From the IMG/VR virus record IMGVR_UViG_3300029305_011880: DNA of 64,000 nucleotides; one strand, given 5' to 3'. The notes under the pieces were generated by a model, which searched no databases, was not told where the DNA came from, and saw only the letters and a program-made list of their open reading frames with translations. This DNA comes from an uncultured virus (IMG/VR IMGVR_UViG_3300029305_011880). Its lineage: Duplodnaviria > Heunggongvirae > Uroviricota > Caudoviricetes. Made by a program: the position numbers and the translations under genes. How positions within the stretch are numbered: position 1 is the stretch's first letter; each line of letters starts with the position of its first letter. This document shows, piece by piece, positions 59,793 to 64,000 of this stretch.

Positions 59793-60704
59793 TTATTTAT
59801 CAAATTCACTATACAAATTATTAATTTTCTCTTGTTGATTTTGACAAATATTTTCAATTGCACTGATTGCATTTACAAAGTTTCTTCCTTTAGGATTATC
59901 AGCAATTTGTTCTTTACAACTGGAAAGAGTATCTGCCACCTCAGAAAAACTCTTAAGTGTAGCATTTACATCTGTACTCTCTATTACCTTATTAGTACTA
60001 TTATTTATAAGTTCTACTACTTTATCTTTGTATTTATTAATATCTGGAACGGTACCATCTTTAATATTCGAGACAACTGCAATTGTATACGATACAACTT
60101 CCGTTAATTGTGCTTCTGACAATTCTGGATTTGGTTTTGGAGTTACTCCTATAAAAAGGAGTATCTGTTCATGCTCTTTCATCTTTTTCCTAGTTCTTTC
60201 AGATATCGCATCAGTCGTTTGTGCCATTTCGGAATATATATCCATACATCTGATAGTCATCATATTTTGTTCGAAAGAATCGCCATTTACATTTAATAAT
60301 GTTTCGTCAATAATTCTCTTCTTTTTAATAGAATAATTATTTCTTAAGATATTTGGCGTTGCTTGAGCGGATACATTATTTTCGTTTGTATTCAATACAT
60401 CATCAACTTCAGAATCTATCGCATCCGATACAGCTTTAGTAATTTCGCCAAATAATTGATTCGAATGATTTTTTTCTGCGACATCTATTTGAATGAAAGC
60501 TACAGAATCCAAATTTTCAAGTTTAGACAAAAAATCAAAAGATAAACAATCATCTTCTACCTTATCGGCAAGGCCCAAATCATTTTCAAAATCTTGGAGA
60601 TAGTCCATTCCCTCATTAAAACGTTTAACCATTTCATCTCTACTTTGTTCATAGTCTTGGACGTTTGTTTGTAAAGTGCTTTTCAAAAATGACATTATTT
60701 TCAA
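59793..60704 (-). CDS. Hypothetical acidic helical protein
   Basis: 303-aa ORF, AGGAGG RBS, followed by a hairpin terminator. Confidence 0.75.
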   Translation of the reverse strand: MKIMSFLKSTLQTNVQDYEQSRDEMVKRFNEGMDYLQDFENDLGLADKVEDDCLSFDFLSKLENLDSVAFIQIDVAEKNHSNQLFGEITKAVSDAIDSEVDDVLNTNENNVSAQATPNILRNNYSIKKKRIIDETLLNVNGDSFEQNMMTIRCMDIYSEMAQTTDAISERTRKKMKEHEQILLFIGVTPKPNPELSEAQLTEVVSYTIAVVSNIKDGTVPDINKYKDKVVELINNSTNKVIESTDVNATLKSFSEVADTLSSCKEQIADNPKGRNFVNAISAIENICQNQQEKINNLYSEFDK

Positions 60705-60829
60705 TCCTCCTTTTTATTTTTCCCATTAGCTATATATAATATATAAATGGACTAGATTTTTCTATATTATATTTTACCAATTTACAATATATAACTAATT
60801 AACAAAATTTTAAAAAGGGGGAATTACTC

Positions 60830-61120
60830 ATGTTAAGCCCATTAGTGCTATTTTTGTTTTATATTTTTCCTTTCCTTTTAGTTGCTGCCTTCCAGATTTA
60901 TTTATGTGTTAAATTAGCAAAATTTGTTTTTAAATTAATCCCTTTTGGATTAGTAGCAGTTATTTTGTTATTTATATTCCTATATAAAACAACTGGATTT
61001 CTAGCATCAATACTAGGAGGTTTCGTTTCATTATTATTAATTGGAACCTGTGTTATAATATGTATAACAAGTATTCTTATTTGGATACTATTTTCGATTA
61101 TAAATTTAATAAGAAAATAA
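60830..61120 (+). CDS. Small integral membrane protein
   Basis: 96 aa, almost entirely hydrophobic. Confidence 0.65.
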   Translation: MLSPLVLFLFYIFPFLLVAAFQIYLCVKLAKFVFKLIPFGLVAVILLFIFLYKTTGFLASILGGFVSLLLIGTCVIICITSILIWILFSIINLIRK

Positions 61121-61214
61121 GGTAAAGTTTGATATTGGAATAAATTCTAAAATATAATAAATAAGACACATATGATTGATAGTCGTTAAAAATATTTTAA
61201 AAGAGGTGATTAAA

Positions 61215-64000
61215 ATGGCAGGTAACGGTCAAATGAATAGACAGACTCCTTATAGACCCTCTCAAACTGGAAGCAGCTCACAGACTGAAAAAGCTAAAGC
61301 TATTGATAATGCCAGCCAAAGAGCTAGAAGAGGTTCTCAAACATATAGTTTAACTTTGGATTTGGGCCAAGCACAATATACAGCAGCTCAAAATCTAACA
61401 TATGGTATAAGTAGAAAACCAGATATGTTAATGATATCAACGCTTTCTCCCGAAGCGTATGGGTTAAAACAAAATGACGAAACCTTAGAATATGCTGGAA
61501 GAATAAAGTGGATGATTCAAACATCTGTAGATAGTGACTTAAACCCCCATTTAGAAAATTTGCAAATTGGAATTTCTGGGAATAGAGAAGAATTTGAAAA
61601 AAAGTTCGAACATCTAAAAGGTAAATCAATATTATCCCCAGAATTAATGGGCAGTAAAAGTCTAGAAATAACAGATATGGATAACTATAATAATCGAGAA
61701 TTGTACCCAGGAGGTATGGGACTATCCTATGGTTCAATTAGTTCTGTTCATATTGAAAAAGCAATTATCGGAGATAAATATGTAAGAACACCATCTGAAA
61801 AAGCAATGATTGTTATAAATTCAGATGACACAAACAAAGAAACCGATATGGCCACAACAAGAGGAAAAGGATTCCTTAAAAATGTTTCAGGCGGCCCATA
61901 TGAAATCAGCCCACAATCTCTAGAGGTTTATAGATTTTATAACGCCTATAACATTCAGGAATTTTCTGCTTACATGGCAGAGAATGGTCAAAATCTCCAG
62001 TATATAAATTCGCAATTTGCGAAAATATCTGCATATGAACAAGAAAAAGTTATTTTATTAGCTGCTAAACAGTTATACGGAGACAGCGCAGTATTAAACA
62101 ACCCTGGAACTCAATTTGTCGATAAAATGGGTTATCTAAGAGACCATCATAGTGATTCATTTGAAGAATTAAAACAGTTAGCTGATAGAATGATGCAAGA
62201 ATATTCTATCTCTAAAGAACTAACTATAAAAAACATGGACAATTATAGAGAACCTGACCCCAAAATTATTGCAGATGTAAAACAAAGCACAATACAAATC
62301 ACTGACCAAGTAATTGAGGGCGCTGATTTTCAAAGAAGAATTGCTCCCCTCATGTCAGAGTTTAGAGAAAGCTTTTCAAACCACAAAATTGAAGAGCTGG
62401 AATTAGCTCTTGATAAAGCAGGTTCTTCCAAAGCGTTATTAGCTCCAGCTGTAGAGTTTGATATAAAAGAAAGACTCGAAAAAGAAAAAAGGAATCAAGA
62501 ATATATACAAACTCTTGCTACATTCCATGAGGCAGTTTGGTTATACGTTAAAGACAAAAACGATAATAATATTGATGATAGATACGAAATACTCAAAGAA
62601 TGTGGATTTTCAGCTCCTGAAAAAATAGACTCTTTATCTCTTGATGATTTAAACATCCAAATAGAAAATGTAACAAGAGAAGCTTGTAAGATAGCTCCCG
62701 CAAGTGCTGATATGACAAGAGGTATTGAAGAAAATGAAGCTGTAGCAAATAAAGCAGAAAACATCAAGCAATTACTAGAGATATTAGCAAAATTGCAGGA
62801 AACACATCCAGAAAATTTTGCAGTAGATACAAAAAATCTATACGAATACGGAGTACATGATAGACTAACTGTTGATGTACAAACAATGGATAGCATATCA
62901 AAACTTAAAGAAGGAATAAATATTCCTGCGTTAAGGAATATCACATACGAAACCTTAGCCTCAAAAGAATCTTGCGAAGCAGCAAGAGATGCTCTTCAAA
63001 AATATATCGATGAAGAACTAAGAGTTGCGTATCATAAAGATGGTAGAATTTCAAAATTGGAAACGTACCAAACGCTAGTAGAATCCATCGATGTTCAAAA
63101 ATATTTTAAAGAATATATAACTGTAGATGAATCATCTAAAGAACTTAAAATTGATTTTTCTAGAATTACGGACGAAGATATTAAAAAGGCCTCTTCTAAA
63201 CTTGCGGCCGATTTCGAAGAAACAGATAAAAGCAAAACTATCATTCTTGAAACCGCAATAAGGGCTAAATTAGCAGTTGAAATTCTAGACCAACATTCTC
63301 ATTCTCAAGATTATGCATTTAATCCAGAGTTAGTGAGAAATATTATTAATGAAGATAATAAAACCATAGTTTTAAAATATGCCGCAGAACACTTAGATGA
63401 AATACAAAAAATAAGAAATGATGCAAGAGGTGCAGGATTAAGTACAGAGGAAACATTAGATAGAATAGAAAGACATCTAGCAATTAACTGTAACATTCCA
63501 CCAGATGAAATGCACCGCTTACGCCAAGTAACAAACGAATCTAATACATTAATGCAATCCGATTTCTTACGTTCCGAAACATTCATAAAAGTTTCTACCG
63601 ATGGGGTACCACCAGGAACAACATTTAGAACATTTAGTGAAGTTTGTGGAATTAAAGATTTAAGTCAATTAGAAAATCCAGCAGACGTAAAACAATTTAT
63701 CTTGCGCTTAGATGATGAAATCGCAGAAATGAAAGGCCTAAGACCAGTCGGTGATAAAGGCGCAACAACTTTTGCAGATGATGGCAGATTAAGTGTATTT
63801 GAGTCTATTAGAAATACTATGGTTCAACATGCTGTAGGCAATAATTTAGAGCAATTAAAAGCTCAGACAATGGAATATGAATATAATCCACAAATATTGC
63901 AAAACATTAGATATACGAGAGAAGAGCAAACTGTTTTAGCAAATAATCATCAGATATCTAAATCAAATGATTTGAGTACTGCGTATGGAGTATATTTAGA
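61215..64000 (+). CDS. Large hypothetical protein (partial, >925 aa, runs off right edge)
   Basis: GAGGTG RBS then ATG 61215 (MAGNGQMNRQTPYRPSQ...). No stop seen to the window end. Absent from the ORF track. Confidence 0.8.
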   Translation, partial: MAGNGQMNRQTPYRPSQTGSSSQTEKAKAIDNASQRARRGSQTYSLTLDLGQAQYTAAQNLTYGISRKPDMLMISTLSPEAYGLKQNDETLEYAGRIKWMIQTSVDSDLNPHLENLQIGISGNREEFEKKFEHLKGKSILSPELMGSKSLEITDMDNYNNRELYPGGMGLSYGSISSVHIEKAIIGDKYVRTPSEKAMIVINSDDTNKETDMATTRGKGFLKNVSGGPYEISPQSLEVYRFYNAYNIQEFSAYMAENGQNLQYINSQFAKISAYEQEKVILLAAKQLYGDSAVLNNPGTQFVDKMGYLRDHHSDSFEELKQLADRMMQEYSISKELTIKNMDNYREPDPKIIADVKQSTIQITDQVIEGADFQRRIAPLMSEFRESFSNHKIEELELALDKAGSSKALLAPAVEFDIKERLEKEKRNQEYIQTLATFHEAVWLYVKDKNDNNIDDRYEILKECGFSAPEKIDSLSLDDLNIQIENVTREACKIAPASADMTRGIEENEAVANKAENIKQLLEILAKLQETHPENFAVDTKNLYEYGVHDRLTVDVQTMDSISKLKEGINIPALRNITYETLASKESCEAARDALQKYIDEELRVAYHKDGRISKLETYQTLVESIDVQKYFKEYITVDESSKELKIDFSRITDEDIKKASSKLAADFEETDKSKTIILETAIRAKLAVEILDQHSHSQDYAFNPELVRNIINEDNKTIVLKYAAEHLDEIQKIRNDARGAGLSTEETLDRIERHLAINCNIPPDEMHRLRQVTNESNTLMQSDFLRSETFIKVSTDGVPPGTTFRTFSEVCGIKDLSQLENPADVKQFILRLDDEIAEMKGLRPVGDKGATTFADDGRLSVFESIRNTMVQHAVGNNLEQLKAQTMEYEYNPQILQNIRYTREEQTVLANNHQISKSNDLSTAYGVYL

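Noticed and set aside
1..64000. CRISPR array, IS/transposase, phage structural genes, alternative genetic code
   Set aside because: No spaced direct repeats or such genes seen. Conserved genes are full-length under the standard bacterial code and no suppressor anticodons occur.

Overview
AT-rich DNA of Firmicutes (Clostridia-like) character that looks like part of a very large plasmid-like replicon rather than a chromosome core or a phage virion module. It carries its own DnaE polymerase, a type IIA topoisomerase pair, a ParM/ParR-type partition pair, DnaK with a membrane J-protein, two VirD4-like coupling ATPases, a Cpa/Tad-like ATPase operon, a two-component system, and giant secreted proteins. 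Two ORFs running off the window ends are missing from the ORF track. The main feature is a ~5.2-kb minus-strand RNA operon (35543-40763). It holds 16 tRNA genes for only six amino acids (Glu x4, Asn x3, Thr x3, Asp x2, Gly x2, Met x2). It is preceded by an unannotated 29-aa leader peptide whose 11-codon run NTTENTEGNGD uses only amino acids served by the array, followed by mutually exclusive antiterminator and terminator hairpins. This looks like a ribosome-stalling attenuator that would switch on a tRNA array when those tRNAs run short. The operon also holds a tRNA-Glu whose anticodon loop is interrupted by a complete anticodon-less tRNA mimic, a 171-nt tRNA-like RNA with a very large variable region, variant initiator-like tRNAs, and two long structured non-coding segments sharing a covarying ~190-nt module. 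All structures were folded by eye and no database searches were run.
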